Shown piece after piece: positions 1 through 9,737 of a DNA stretch of 64,000 bases (position 1 is the stretch's first letter; every line of letters starts with the position of its first letter). The position numbers were made by a program, and so were the translations under genes. Origin of the DNA: an uncultured Verrucomicrobiae bacterium (GTDB lineage: Bacteria; Verrucomicrobiota; Verrucomicrobiia; Limisphaerales; UBA11358); contig CAWJHF010000009.1 in NCBI GenBank assembly GCA_963842445.1, forward strand, positions 89,086-153,085, read 5' to 3'. A model generated the notes under the pieces. The model searched no databases. It saw nothing but the letters and a program-made list of their open reading frames with translations, and was not told the DNA's origin.

Positions 1-58
1 GCGAATATGCTAACTTGACAGAAACGCCGCGTTTACGCGGCAGAAGCGACCAGTCACA

Positions 59-84
59 GTGCTGCCGCCTGAAGGCGGCGTTCC
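59..84. repeat. Short hairpin repeat (family J, tgctgccgcNtgaaNgcggcgttcc)
   Basis: Second copy at 5505-5530. Confidence 0.6.
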
Positions 85-149
85 TCGCTGGAATTTTGCC
101 CGCACGATTCGGAGTTTTCCAGCCGCTTGGTTTCAAGTAAGTTTTCGCG

Positions 150-923
150 GTGCATCCGATTGCGTTTCAACTCGGTTCCTTCACCATCCATTGGTATGGC
201 GTGATGATTGCGCTGGCGTTTCTCACCGGGCTTTGGACGGCCACACGCCGCGCCCGCCGCGAAAACATCCCCGGCGAAAAAATCGCCGATGTCGTTCTGT
301 GGCTGATGGTCGGCTCAATCATCGGCGCGCGCCTTGTCTATGTGACGACGTATTGGAAGGATGAATTCGCCGACCAGCCGATCTCGGAAATTTTCATGAT
401 CCAGCATGGCGGACTGGTTTATTACGGCGGACTCATCGGCGCGGTCCTCGCAGGTTTCATTTACCTCCGCTGGAAAAAAATACCGCTGTGGAAAACCGCC
501 GACGTGCTTGCGCCGAGCATCGCGCTGGGAAATGTTTTTGGCCGCATCGGCTGCCTGCTCAACGGCTGTTGCTACGGTCGGGCATGCAGCCTGCCGTGGG
601 CAATCCGTTTTCCTGCCGACCATATCACGCATGGCGTGCCGGTGCATCCGACAGAGATTTACGACGCGCTGGATAATTTCATCCTTTACCTTTTGCTGGC
701 CTGGCTGTTTCGCCACAAAAAATTCGACGGCCAGGTGTTTGCCACTTATCTCATAGGTTATGCCGTGACCCGCACCTTCATGGAATGTTTCCGCGGCGAT
801 TATTCGCCCGGCCACATCCACTACGGACTCACGCCGGGCGAACTTGTCAGCATCCCCATTTTCATCGCCGGCCTCGCCCTCGCCGCGGTGCTTTCACACC
901 GCGTTGAACCAAAACAAGGATAG
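150..923 (+). CDS. lgt: Prolipoprotein diacylglyceryl transferase
   Basis: 257-aa polytopic membrane ORF (GTG start) with Lgt-type motifs HGGLVYYGGLIG and FGRIGCLLNGCCYG. Confidence 0.9.
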   Translation: MHPIAFQLGSFTIHWYGVMIALAFLTGLWTATRRARRENIPGEKIADVVLWLMVGSIIGARLVYVTTYWKDEFADQPISEIFMIQHGGLVYYGGLIGAVLAGFIYLRWKKIPLWKTADVLAPSIALGNVFGRIGCLLNGCCYGRACSLPWAIRFPADHITHGVPVHPTEIYDALDNFILYLLLAWLFRHKKFDGQVFATYLIGYAVTRTFMECFRGDYSPGHIHYGLTPGELVSIPIFIAGLALAAVLSHRVEPKQG

Positions 924-940
924 CGGATGGAGGATTGAAG

Positions 941-1924
941 ATGGCAAAACCCTATCTCCCATCTCCGATCTCGCATCTCCCAATTTTGATTGCCGGTCCG
1001 ACCGCCGTCGGAAAATCTGAAATCGCCCTGTGCCTCGCCGGACAACTCGGCGGCGAAATCATTTCCGCCGATTCCATGCAGGTCTATCGCGGACTCGACA
1101 TCGGCACGGCCAAACCGTCGCCCGCCGAACGCGCCCGCGTGCCGCACCACCTGATTGACATCTGCAACCTGACCGAATCGTTCGACGCCGCGCAATTCGC
1201 CCGGCTCGCGCAGCGCGCCGTGGCGGAAATCCGGTCACGCGGCCATGTGCCGATTCTGTGCGGCGGCACGGGGCTTTACTTCAGGGCCTTTCTAGAAGGA
1301 CTCGGCGAAGCCCCATCCGCCGACGCCGGATTGCGCGCCGAGCTTGAAGACACGCCACTGGAAAAGCTGCTGGCCGAACTGCGCGAACGCGACCCGGTCA
1401 CTTACCCAAAAATTGATAAACAAAATCCGCGCCGCATCATCCGTGCCGTCGAAGTGGTTCGGCTCACAGGAAAATCATTTTCCGCGCAGCGCGCAAGGTG
1501 GGGCGAGACGAAGGTAGGGTCATCGCGCCGCGATGACCGGACGGCGCAGCGCGCCGTCCCTGCCAAAATAAATTTTTACTTCTTCACGCGAACGCCTGCC
1601 GATTTGCACGCCCGTATCAACGCCCGCGTGGACGCGATGTTTGCCCGCGGTTTGGTGGATGAGACACGCGAATTGCTCAAGCGCGGCCTCGCCGAAAACA
1701 AAACGGCGATGCAAGCCATCGGTTATCGGCAGGTAGTGGAACATCTGCGCGGCGAACGCTCGCTCGCCGAAACCATCGAACTGGTGAAAACCCGCACGCG
1801 GCAATTTGCCAAGCGGCAACTGACCTGGTTCCGCGCCCAGAAAAATCTGGAATGGATTGAATTGCAGCCGAACGAGCCGCTGGAGAACGTTTCGCAAAAG
1901 ATTGGCACCGCAACCACCAACTGA
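941..1924 (+). CDS. miaA: tRNA dimethylallyltransferase, carrying an in-frame hairpin-element insertion
   Basis: P-loop GPTAVGKSE and SADSMQVYRGLDIGTAKPS motif. ATG at 941 (TTG at 935 also possible). Extra segment VGSSRRDDRTAQRAVPAK is encoded by a double hairpin at 1514-1564. Confidence 0.9.
   Translation: MAKPYLPSPISHLPILIAGPTAVGKSEIALCLAGQLGGEIISADSMQVYRGLDIGTAKPSPAERARVPHHLIDICNLTESFDAAQFARLAQRAVAEIRSRGHVPILCGGTGLYFRAFLEGLGEAPSADAGLRAELEDTPLEKLLAELRERDPVTYPKIDKQNPRRIIRAVEVVRLTGKSFSAQRARWGETKVGSSRRDDRTAQRAVPAKINFYFFTRTPADLHARINARVDAMFARGLVDETRELLKRGLAENKTAMQAIGYRQVVEHLRGERSLAETIELVKTRTRQFAKRQLTWFRAQKNLEWIELQPNEPLENVSQKIGTATTN
1514..1564. repeat. Double-hairpin element (family C) inside miaA
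   Basis: GTAGGG, then hairpin ggtcatcgcg/cgcgatgacc, then hairpin ggacggcgc/gcgccgtcc, then CCCTGC. Lies in frame within the coding sequence. Confidence 0.6.
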
Positions 1925-1947
1925 CCGGTGGTCGGTCCCGGGGCCGT

Positions 1948-2391
1948 TCACTTCGCCGGGTCGTGCGTTACGAACCGGAAGACGTAATAGGTCGCGCGGT
2001 TCGTGCCGATGTTGCGCAACCCGTGCAGTTCGTTCGACGCCTGAAAGATGATTCCGCCGGCCTCGACGATGTTCGTTTTGTCGCCCTGCAAGGCCGCGAG
2101 CGTGCCTTCCTTGATGATCATCAATTCCTCGTCCGCGTGCCGGTGCGGTGGATGCGGTACCTCGCCCGGGTTCAGCGTCGTGATGTGGCACTCGAAATTC
2201 GCGAGCGTCGGCGTGGGCGCGTCGAACACCACGCGCCGCTCGCCCGTTTTGGTCGGCACGGCCTTAAGGTCGGCCCAGTTGAAGACAGACGAATGCATGA
2301 CCGGCTTGCCGGCGGACTGCGCGAGCGCCATCACGGCGACGGCGGTGAACGTGGCAACGGCGGCAACCAACAAATCGCGACGGGTAATCAT
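1948..2391 (-). CDS. Secreted cupin-domain protein with twin-arginine-like signal
   Basis: ATG at 2391 gives leader MITRRDLLVAAVA...ALAQS. Cupin motifs HRHADEELMIIKEG and ELHGLRNIG. Confidence 0.75.
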   Translation of the reverse strand: MITRRDLLVAAVATFTAVAVMALAQSAGKPVMHSSVFNWADLKAVPTKTGERRVVFDAPTPTLANFECHITTLNPGEVPHPPHRHADEELMIIKEGTLAALQGDKTNIVEAGGIIFQASNELHGLRNIGTNRATYYVFRFVTHDPAK

Positions 2392-2490
2392 GCACCCATT
2401 TCCGCTGCAAACGGGAATCAAGTCAAGCGAACAAACATTCGCAGAACGCGCGGTAACCAACCGGGTTCCGCGCCCGGAAAAATCAGGAGT

Positions 2491-2525
2491 GGATTGAATT
2501 GAAGCCGGATGAATCGCTTGAAAAC
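2491..2525. repeat. Short intergenic repeat (family K, ggattgaattgaagcc...gaatcgct)
   Basis: Near-identical copy at 4535-4570. Confidence 0.7.
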
Positions 2526-2573
2526 CCGGCTAAATTTTTCCGCGGGACATGCTGAAGGTTTACAGGAGGAATT

Positions 2574-4427
2574 TCACAAGTGTCGTTGGGACGGGCCGGC
2601 CAGCATAACGCTCTGTCCGATGGCGGGCATCTTAAAGGGCTTGCTGGAAGATGTCCGCCAGTCAAACCAGAGCCAGCGGAAATCAGGCGAATCCAGCGAG
2701 GTATCGAAATGGAACGCAACACGGGAAGGCAAATCCGATGCACCTGATTCCAGGATTTCCACCGTGAACCTGCCGAGATTGTAGCGGTCGCCTTTTTTGC
2801 ATTTGGGTTCGCCTCCGACCAGAGTGAAAGCGCTGAAGGCATAGGCGATATGAATGGGGCCAACGTCGTCGCAGGAGAATATGTTCGAACCTTGGGATTG
2901 AATCACCAGCGTTTTGTCATCGGTCCGTTGGACATCAAAGCCCGTGCAACCCGGCACCAGCACCCGCAAGGTTCTGGGCAGTAACTGGTGATGATACGCT
3001 CGGTAAGAAGGCATATAAGCCGACTCAAGCGGACAGGGGTGGTTGACCACGATTACATTTTCGTTCTCGATGTTTGGCCAATCAGGAGGAATGCCGCGCG
3101 CCCAGGCGAAAACGGAAGCGCCCGCTTTAACCACCGCAACTCTTTTGGCAATCGCTCCCGGACCATGCACCAGAATCAACAAAACGCAGGCGACCCATGC
3201 CAGGATTCGGCAGGCTCGCTGTTCCAGCAATGGATTTGGCCGGGTAAACAGGCCGGCAACGAAACTGGCGATCAATCCATAAGCGCCAACCGCTATAAAG
3301 CCAAAGTTTTTCGACAAGGGCACCAGCACTGCCTCGGGAATGGCGGCCAATATCATGGCCGCGAACCAGAACGCGGCAACTTTGTCGCGAAACACCCAGG
3401 GAAGAAACACCACCAAAGCCGCGACCGCGAACACGCCATAAAGCGCAACGATTATCGGGTGCAATGAAGGTTTGACCGCGAACAAAAACTCCGGCGGCAC
3501 GCTGGTAAGCTGGCTTCCCAGCAGAACCATGTCTCTGGGGATCAGTTCACGCACAAAATGAAACGGCTCCTGGGCGGGGTCAATGTAAATGCCCACATGA
3601 GACAGGCCGTAGCCGGAGAGCATATAGATGACGCGCCACGCGATAATCACCAGGACCGAAGGCAAGACCGTCAACGCCCTGTTGCGAAAAGAACCCGGCT
3701 CAAGCACCAGGGCATACGCGAGGATGAAGGCAAACGTCGAAGCTCCACCTTCTTCCGCAAACAGGGAAAGCGCCAGGAACAATGCGGACAACATCATTCC
3801 GGAACGGGATTTTGTGGAACGCCATTGATGATGCTCATAGAGACACATCAGGCCGAAGAAAAGCGCCAGGAAAAAGCCGCGGTTGGCGACGAACGCCACC
3901 GGGAAATAGGTGTTGCCATCGAGCAGGAACAGCAGCGCCGCCAGTCCGGCGGCCCATCCCGTTCCCATCAGCTTCCGGTAAACCATCGTGAGGAGAAACA
4001 CAACGGCCGCAAACCACGCCATGTTATGGGCGTGCATCAGCGCCGGTGAGTCGGGGAAGAATTGGTAATCGAGCCAATGAGTAAGCGCGGCGACCGGGCG
4101 GCAAAGACTTAATCTTAATTCGTCCGGCGTCCACCACGGCAAGGTGCCATAGTTTTTCATCGAAACCATGCATTGTGGATTCCGGCTGAAACCGAAAAGG
4201 TCAAAAAGGACAGTCGAGAATCTGCCGGAATCCGGGGGGTTACCCGTCTCCTGCATTCGCGGCGGCAATTGGTCCGGTCGAAGCTCAACCGCGCGTTGCG
4301 GCAGATCGTCCATCACCAAGCCGGTCTTCAAGGCGGGCAACATTACCAGGATCGCCCCAATCGCAAGAATCGCGGGAAGATAACGGTGGGCAAGAAATCG
4401 CTTCAGGACATTTAAGATTGCTGCCAT
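2574..4427 (-). CDS. Polytopic membrane protein, possible GT-C-fold glycosyltransferase (ArnT/PMT-like)
   Basis: 617 aa with many predicted TM helices over the N-terminal two thirds. Acidic DD pair in the first loop (GLVMDDLPQR) and a soluble C-terminal domain. Family not verifiable without an HMM search. Confidence 0.5.
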   Translation of the reverse strand: MAAILNVLKRFLAHRYLPAILAIGAILVMLPALKTGLVMDDLPQRAVELRPDQLPPRMQETGNPPDSGRFSTVLFDLFGFSRNPQCMVSMKNYGTLPWWTPDELRLSLCRPVAALTHWLDYQFFPDSPALMHAHNMAWFAAVVFLLTMVYRKLMGTGWAAGLAALLFLLDGNTYFPVAFVANRGFFLALFFGLMCLYEHHQWRSTKSRSGMMLSALFLALSLFAEEGGASTFAFILAYALVLEPGSFRNRALTVLPSVLVIIAWRVIYMLSGYGLSHVGIYIDPAQEPFHFVRELIPRDMVLLGSQLTSVPPEFLFAVKPSLHPIIVALYGVFAVAALVVFLPWVFRDKVAAFWFAAMILAAIPEAVLVPLSKNFGFIAVGAYGLIASFVAGLFTRPNPLLEQRACRILAWVACVLLILVHGPGAIAKRVAVVKAGASVFAWARGIPPDWPNIENENVIVVNHPCPLESAYMPSYRAYHHQLLPRTLRVLVPGCTGFDVQRTDDKTLVIQSQGSNIFSCDDVGPIHIAYAFSAFTLVGGEPKCKKGDRYNLGRFTVEILESGASDLPSRVAFHFDTSLDSPDFRWLWFDWRTSSSKPFKMPAIGQSVMLAGPSQRHL

Positions 4428-4534
4428 TTCCGGCTCCGTTCCGCTCGGGGGTTTTCAACAAGCCCTTCCTACAAAATTTTGCGCCCAGCCGCAAAGAATT
4501 TAATTCTGCCAGGACCCGGATTTGGATTTGGAAC

Positions 4535-4570
4535 GGATTGAATTGAAGCCCGAGGAATCGCTGGGAAAAT
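4535..4570. repeat. Short intergenic repeat (family K)
   Basis: Matches 2491-2525. Confidence 0.7.
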
Positions 4571-4596
4571 GCGTGCAGAAAATTTGCAAAACAATT

Positions 4597-4623
4597 TAAC
4601 GCAGAGGCGCAAAGACGCAGAGA
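4597..4623. repeat. Short intergenic repeat (family D, aacgcagaggcgcaaagacgcagag)
   Basis: Same motif forms an inverted pair at 28599-28682. Confidence 0.7.
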
Positions 4624-4629
4624 TGAATT

Positions 4630-4691
4630 TGTAGGAAACGACGTAAGGAGTCTCCAATTTCAAATCAGAGCCTCGTCACCTCGGCTCCTAC
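4630..4691. repeat. Palindromic element, family A (24-nt imperfect terminal inverted repeats GTAGGAGNCGANGTNANGAGNCTC)
   Basis: Left arm gtaggaaacgacgtaaggagtctc, right arm gagcctcgtcacctcggctcctac. Other copies at 18881, 27662 and 29481. Confidence 0.8.
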
Positions 4692-5377
4692 GAACTTTCC
4701 CTCGGTCTTTTGACCACGACATCAATTCCCGCCTTGTTTTTGGCAATCATGTTCGCGGGCAGGATGCCGCGCCAGAAGACATTCGGGTAAATCACCGAAC
4801 CGCGCCCGACGATGCTGCCGGGGTTCAGCACGGCGTTGCAGCCGATTTCCACGCCGTCACCGAGCAGCGCGCCAAACTTCCGCAAGCCGGTGTCAAACGG
4901 CACGCCGTCCTTCTCCACCTCGATGTTGCCGGGAAACAGTTTGTAGTTGGAAATTTTCACGCCCGCGCCGAGGTGCGCCTTGTGGCCAAGAATCGAATCG
5001 CCGACGTAATTGTAGTGCGGCGCGACGGCGTGGTTGAACAGCAGCGAATTTTTGATTTCGGTCGAGTTGCCCACGACGCAATCGTCGCCGATGATGACAT
5101 TTTCGCGGAGATAGGCGTTGTGGCGGATCTGGCAGTTCCTGCCGATGATGGCCGGGCCTTTGATCATCACGCCATCCTCGACTACCGTGCCCTCGCCGAT
5201 GAAAACTTTTTCGCCGATGTAAGCGCGGCCGTCGCATTTATTTCGCAGTTCCGGTTTCAGGTTCGCGGCGAGGTAGCCTTCAATTTTCTTGAGGGCGTCC
5301 CAAGCGAATTTGCAACCGTCGAAAATCGCGGCGTGTCCGGTCTGGTTGAGGTCAAACAAGTCGGCTGGTTTGAACAT
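4688..5377 (-). CDS. Left-handed beta-helix (hexapeptide-repeat) transferase, GlmU C-terminal-like
   Basis: 229 aa made of consecutive [LIV]-G-x-x-x-x hexapeptide turns (IGRNCQI, IGDDCVV, LGAGVKI, IGCNAVL, VGRGSVI). Confidence 0.7.
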   Translation of the reverse strand: MFKPADLFDLNQTGHAAIFDGCKFAWDALKKIEGYLAANLKPELRNKCDGRAYIGEKVFIGEGTVVEDGVMIKGPAIIGRNCQIRHNAYLRENVIIGDDCVVGNSTEIKNSLLFNHAVAPHYNYVGDSILGHKAHLGAGVKISNYKLFPGNIEVEKDGVPFDTGLRKFGALLGDGVEIGCNAVLNPGSIVGRGSVIYPNVFWRGILPANMIAKNKAGIDVVVKRPRESS

Positions 5378-5504
5378 GGCGGCAAGTTAGGCGAAAGGAC
5401 GCCGGCGGAAAAGTGAAATGACACGGCGTTGCCGGGCATGGGAGCAACTTCGCACCAGCGGCAAGGAACGCTGGCTTCAGCCGGCAGAGTCGCCCCCTTC
5501 TGCC

Positions 5505-5530
5505 ATGCTGCCGCGTGAACGCGGCGTTCC
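5505..5530. repeat. Short hairpin repeat (family J)
   Basis: Matches 59-84. Confidence 0.6.
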
Positions 5531-5601
5531 CTTCCGAGATCTTTTTCTGGATTTGGATTGGCACGCGCGAAGAATACGGCAAATTTTGACGGACGCGTTT
5601 T

Positions 5602-6588
5602 ATGCCCCTGCTCGAAGTCAAAAATCTGAAAGTGCATTTCCCGGTCAGGCACGGGCTGTTCAGCGGCGTCCACGAATTTGTAAAGGCGGTGGACGACGTG
5701 AGCTTCAGCATCGAACCGGGCGAAACGCTGGGGCTGGTCGGCGAGAGCGGTTGCGGCAAGACGACGCTCGGCCGCGCCATCGTGCGGCTGGTCGAGCCGA
5801 CCGCGGGCAGCGTTTTGCTCAACGGCGAGGACGTCACCCGGATGAGCGGTTCGGTGTTGCGCGCGCGGCGGCGCAAGTTCCAGATGATTTTCCAGGACCC
5901 CTACGGCTCGCTCAATCCGCGCATGACGGTCGAGCAAATTGTCGGCGAGGCGCTCGATATTCACAAACTGACCGGCAGCAAATCGGCGCGGCAGAAACGC
6001 ATCACTGAACTGCTGGCCGCGGTCGGTCTCGACCCGGTTCACGCACAGCGGTATCCGCATGAATTCAGCGGCGGGCAACGCCAGCGCATCGGCATCGCGC
6101 GCGCGCTGGCGGTCGAGCCGGAATTGATCATCTGCGACGAACCGGTGAGCGCGCTGGACGTTTCGGTGCAGGCGCAAATCATCAACCTGCTCCGCGATTT
6201 GCAGCAGCAGCGAGGCATCGCCTATCTTTTCATCGCGCACGATCTCGCGGTGGTCGAGCACATCAGCCATCGCGTGATGGTGATGTATCTCGGCAAAATC
6301 GTGGAAACGGCGGATGCAAAAACGTTGATTCGAGAGCCGCAGCACCCCTACACGCAGGCGCTGATTTCCGCCGTGCCGGAAGTGGACCCGGAAACGAAGC
6401 GGCGGCGGATTGTCCTGCCGGGTGACGTGCCGTCGCCGATTCATCCGCCGCCGGGATGCCCGTTCCATCCGCGCTGCCCGATTGCCGAAGAACGATGCAA
6501 AACGGAAATTCCGGCGTTCCGGGAAGTCAAAAAAGACCACATCGCTGCGTGCCACCTGGCGGGAACAAAAATTGACGTGAAGTCGTGA
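5602..6588 (+). CDS. ABC transporter ATP-binding protein, oligopeptide/dipeptide (OppF/DppF) type
   Basis: Walker [10 protein letters not shown], signature [15 protein letters not shown], Walker B LIICDEP, C-terminal [12 protein letters not shown] extension typical of Opp/Dpp ATPases. Confidence 0.9.
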   Translation: MPLLEVKNLKVHFPVRHGLFSGVHEFVKAVDDVSFSIEPGETLGLVGESGCGKTTLGRAIVRLVEPTAGSVLLNGEDVTRMSGSVLRARRRKFQMIFQDPYGSLNPRMTVEQIVGEALDIHKLTGSKSARQKRITELLAAVGLDPVHAQRYPHEFSGGQRQRIGIARALAVEPELIICDEPVSALDVSVQAQIINLLRDLQQQRGIAYLFIAHDLAVVEHISHRVMVMYLGKIVETADAKTLIREPQHPYTQALISAVPEVDPETKRRRIVLPGDVPSPIHPPPGCPFHPRCPIAEERCKTEIPAFREVKKDHIAACHLAGTKIDVKS

Positions 6589-6675
6589 CCGGTTGGAGTT
6601 CAAGCTTCAGCTTGCATCCGGCGACAAGCCGAAGCCTGGCCTCCAACGCGCGACAGGCTGCCCGCACCACCAATT

Positions 6676-7146
6676 TCAGTGGCCCGCAGAATTCGTTCCT
6701 TCGGGAGGCTTGCCGCCGATCCAGAAGTCGTGTTGTCCCTTCACAGAACCGGCAAAAACAAACAGACGATAGGTGACATTGTTTTCCAACGTCCCCGGTT
6801 TCGCACCCGGGATGGCCGGTTCCATGCCGTCAATGTTGTCGCCGTAAAGAAATAATTCTATCGGCGCGGACTCGCGATCGCCCACCAAATGCCAGACGGG
6901 AACCACGGTCGGGTTGGACTGCCAGGCCAAGAGTGGAACAACCTTCACCTCGGTAAGCTCGTATTCCCGATCCAGTCTAAAGGCGATGGCCGTGGACATT
7001 CCCTCGGAGTGAAAGCGTGAAAGGGAAGCGCGACTGGTGGAGGAGATGCGGATTTCCTTGTGCCGGAACCAGTCGGTGAAGCAACAGAGATAAACGACGG
7101 CCAGTGCGAAGGCAAAGGCGACAAGAAACCATTGCTTCTTTGTCAT
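6676..7146 (-). CDS. Hypothetical N-terminally anchored protein
   Basis: 156-aa ORF with one N-terminal TM helix (WFLVAFAFALAVVYLCCF). No recognisable motif. Confidence 0.5.
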   Translation of the reverse strand: MTKKQWFLVAFAFALAVVYLCCFTDWFRHKEIRISSTSRASLSRFHSEGMSTAIAFRLDREYELTEVKVVPLLAWQSNPTVVPVWHLVGDRESAPIELFLYGDNIDGMEPAIPGAKPGTLENNVTYRLFVFAGSVKGQHDFWIGGKPPEGTNSAGH

Positions 7147-7194
7147 AAATCGGTTAAGGCAGACATAAGACCCGGCTGATCATTCACTGAAACG

Positions 7195-7986
7195 ATGCCG
7201 GTGAATCGAATGGTTATGAAAATAGCAGCCCCAACTTGTTTGGCCAGTCCGGAAAGGAGGAAGCGCGGAAGGTTTGCCTTCACCTTGATTGAGCTGTTGG
7301 TGGTCATTGCAATCATTTCCATTCTGGCGGCCATGTTGCTGCCGGTCCTGGGGCGGGCCAAGGAAACCGGCAAACGCATTGACTGTCTCAACAATCTCCG
7401 GCAATTGGGTCTGGCGGCGAAACTGTATGCGAATGACAATGAGGGCATTTTTCCGCCCCGGTCGGGAACCGACCGCTGGCCGGATAAGTTCTACGACAGT
7501 TACGGCCGGAATACAAAGCTGTTATTGTGTCCCAGCGACCAATCATACCCACCCCCCGCCACCGATACCACCTCCACTAATGTCGCGGACGCCTCACCGC
7601 GCAGTTATATCATCAATGGCTGGAACGACTATTTTGCCGCCAGCCTGGATACGGATGGTTTCGACCAGTACATGGCCGGCACGTATCCGAACGGTCTGAA
7701 GGAAACTCTGGTCTCCCATCCGAGCGACACGATTATTCTGGGGGAAAAAAATTCCACCAACGAGGATTACTACATGGATATTTTCGAGGGATTGGGCAAC
7801 GATTTCACCGGGATCGCCGAACAAAGCCGCCACGACAGCCGCGGTCCCGGCTCGGGGTCGGGAGGATCGAACTATGCCATGGTGGACGGCAGTGCCCGGT
7901 TCATCAAATTTCCGGCTTCACTGGATCCGCTGAATCTCTGGTGCATCAGTGACGCCAGCCGAATCACCAATTCCATTTCTTATTAG
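7195..7986 (+). CDS. Prepilin-type N-terminal cleavage/methylation domain protein (PVC pseudopilin-like, H-X9-DG class)
   Basis: N-terminus [27 protein letters not shown] and C-terminal [14 protein letters not shown]. Confidence 0.85.
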   Translation: MPVNRMVMKIAAPTCLASPERRKRGRFAFTLIELLVVIAIISILAAMLLPVLGRAKETGKRIDCLNNLRQLGLAAKLYANDNEGIFPPRSGTDRWPDKFYDSYGRNTKLLLCPSDQSYPPPATDTTSTNVADASPRSYIINGWNDYFAASLDTDGFDQYMAGTYPNGLKETLVSHPSDTIILGEKNSTNEDYYMDIFEGLGNDFTGIAEQSRHDSRGPGSGSGGSNYAMVDGSARFIKFPASLDPLNLWCISDASRITNSISY

Positions 7987-8020
7987 GAACCCGCCCCGGC
8001 GGCCAGCCGGCGGGGGAAAA

Positions 8021-8094
8021 TGGAGCGGGCGAAGGGAATCGAACCCTCGTGTGAAGCTTGGAAGGCTTCCGTTCTACCATTGAACTACGCCCGC
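8021..8094 (-). tRNA. tRNA-Gly (anticodon UCC), CCA encoded
   Basis: Reverse complement GCGGGCGTAGTTCAATGGTAGAACGGAAGCCTTCCAAGCTTCACACGAGGGTTCGATTCCCTTCGCCCGCTCCA folds as a cloverleaf: 7-bp acceptor stem, anticodon stem GAAGC/GCTTC, loop CTTCCAA, TTCGATT T-loop. Confidence 0.93.
8057..8094. repeat. att-type direct repeat (5' half of tRNA-Gly, within the intact gene)
   Basis: ttggaaggcttccgttctaccattgaactacgcccgc is identical to 13695-13732. Confidence 0.85.
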
Positions 8095-8136
8095 TTTTCA
8101 TTTATTTATGCGGCTTTTTTGAGTCGCAAGAAAATG

Positions 8137-8159
8137 TTTGCATCCCATTTTTGCATCCC
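8137..8159. promoter_or_regulatory. Tandem TTTGCATCCC boxes upstream of the integrase fragment
   Basis: tttgcatcccatttttgcatccc lies 13 bp before the ATG at 8172. The same doublet recurs at 13523-13545. Confidence 0.5.
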
Positions 8160-8171
8160 TACAATATCCCC

Positions 8172-8699
8172 ATGAACTTGAATGCGCCTGAATCGCTGCA
8201 AAGCGACTGGCAATACGCTGGCGAAAATTTGAGACGCCGCAAAACATCCGGTGTGTATTATGCGTTCGTCAAAAGAGGCCGCAAGCAATTTCGCCGCTCG
8301 CTCAAAACCACTGACAAAGCCTTCGCCAAACGCCGCCTTGCCGACTTGGAGCGCGATATTAACCGGCTCGCGCCAGCCGAGGCCGCAAACGTCACTTTTG
8401 ATGAGGTTGCCGCCCGCTTGCTTGAAACCACGCGGCACGCGCTGAAGGCGGGCACGATCCGTCACCGTCAAACGTGCCTGAAGGCCATTGCGCCGTTTTT
8501 TCTTGGGCAATCCATCCGCAACGTGACGGCGCGCCATTGCGAAGCGTGGCTGACGCAACGCGGCGCAACCATTGCGCCCCAAACTTTCGCCCATGAACTG
8601 AGCATCATGCGCGCCGTGTTCAAATATTCGCATTTGCAGCAAGCGCACAGCTTGGAGCAAATCAAGCGTGTGAGTTTTGGCGTGACGCCGCGCGCATAG
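8172..8699 (+). pseudogene. Tyrosine recombinase (phage integrase) N-terminal fragment, catalytic domain missing
   Basis: 175 aa resembling the arm-binding plus SAM-like core-binding region (FDEVAARLLE..., HCEAWL..., TFAHELSIMRAVFKY). The ORF ends before any R-H-R-Y catalytic domain. Confidence 0.65.
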
Positions 8700-8800
8700 G
8701 CCAAGGCGATTTCTTTGGGCAACCCTGACGAAAAATCCACCAAGCCAGTCTGACTCACCGCCTGCACGGATAATGTTAACCACCACCCGGGTTAAAACTT

Positions 8801-9736
8801 TCACGGCTTGGTTTCATCAATGATTGGACAATCTATTGCCACCCTAGCATCTCCATTTCCGGTATCAATAGTTGCGTCAAGACGTAGAAAAGGGTAAAGG
8901 CGAGTATTATCAGTCAGATAACTTGGCACGGCTTTCGTAATCGTCACGCTTTTGATGCTCGGCCAATCAATGTAAGGGGCGTTGTCCGGGGCTGGGCCTC
9001 GGATTGCATTGCCTTTACGCAACAAATTTATCACCGCTTTTCGCGAGAGTGTGGGATACGACTTGATGCGCTTCAAATTTGGCCAGGTGATTGAAATGCC
9101 TCGAATTTTGCCGTGTTCGCCGACATTAAAACCGTAAAAATTAGGAGCGACTGGCATTCCATCCACAGTCCTTCTGAAATAGACCCTTCGAGACATAGTG
9201 TTGGTGATAACAGTTTTGCCGGTGAAATACATTCTTCCTTCACCATCTGTGAATTCAATTTTATTCCTGCCAATCCAGCCGGTTATATCGGAGGAACGGA
9301 TGTGCAGCTTGCGTAAGACATCTTTGGTCAATTCCGGCAACTGGCTCATTTGGGGAACGCCAACCGCTAAATTTGTCAGACTATAATGAGGTTCTGGAGT
9401 CTCATAATGAATGTCGCCGGAAGGGAAAGAAATGGACAATTTTCGAGAACCATCAGGGCTTTGAAAAGTTATTCCGTTGGTGTTCTGCTCGGCTTTGTCC
9501 TTTTCTGTAAAGGAACAAAGCACCATCACATTTGAAATGATTTCTGAAGAAAAATCATTCGGCAAAAGTTCATAAATCCAGACCTTGCGCGGAAATCTGG
9601 CTGAATCTTCCCAGCGCACGTCGAGAACGGCGCGCGCTGGGATTGGCGTTCCGTCTTCTTTCCACGGCGGATTTTGCGTGAAACCCGTCGCCAAAAAAAA
9701 CGTTTGGATGATAATGAATAAAATTGTCGTTTTCAT
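8801..9736 (-). CDS. Hypothetical secreted protein (island cargo)
   Basis: ATG at 9736 gives signal peptide MKTTILFIIIQTFFLATGFTQ. Starts 1 nt after the stop of the upstream 715-aa gene. AT-rich codon usage. Confidence 0.6.
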   Translation of the reverse strand: MKTTILFIIIQTFFLATGFTQNPPWKEDGTPIPARAVLDVRWEDSARFPRKVWIYELLPNDFSSEIISNVMVLCSFTEKDKAEQNTNGITFQSPDGSRKLSISFPSGDIHYETPEPHYSLTNLAVGVPQMSQLPELTKDVLRKLHIRSSDITGWIGRNKIEFTDGEGRMYFTGKTVITNTMSRRVYFRRTVDGMPVAPNFYGFNVGEHGKIRGISITWPNLKRIKSYPTLSRKAVINLLRKGNAIRGPAPDNAPYIDWPSIKSVTITKAVPSYLTDNTRLYPFLRLDATIDTGNGDARVAIDCPIIDETKP

Positions 9737-9737
9737 T

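Noticed and set aside
5257-6603. 448-aa ORF on the minus strand
   Set aside because: It is fully antisense to the well-supported ABC ATPase gene. The product is Arg/His/Ala-rich with no motifs, which is a typical high-GC shadow ORF.
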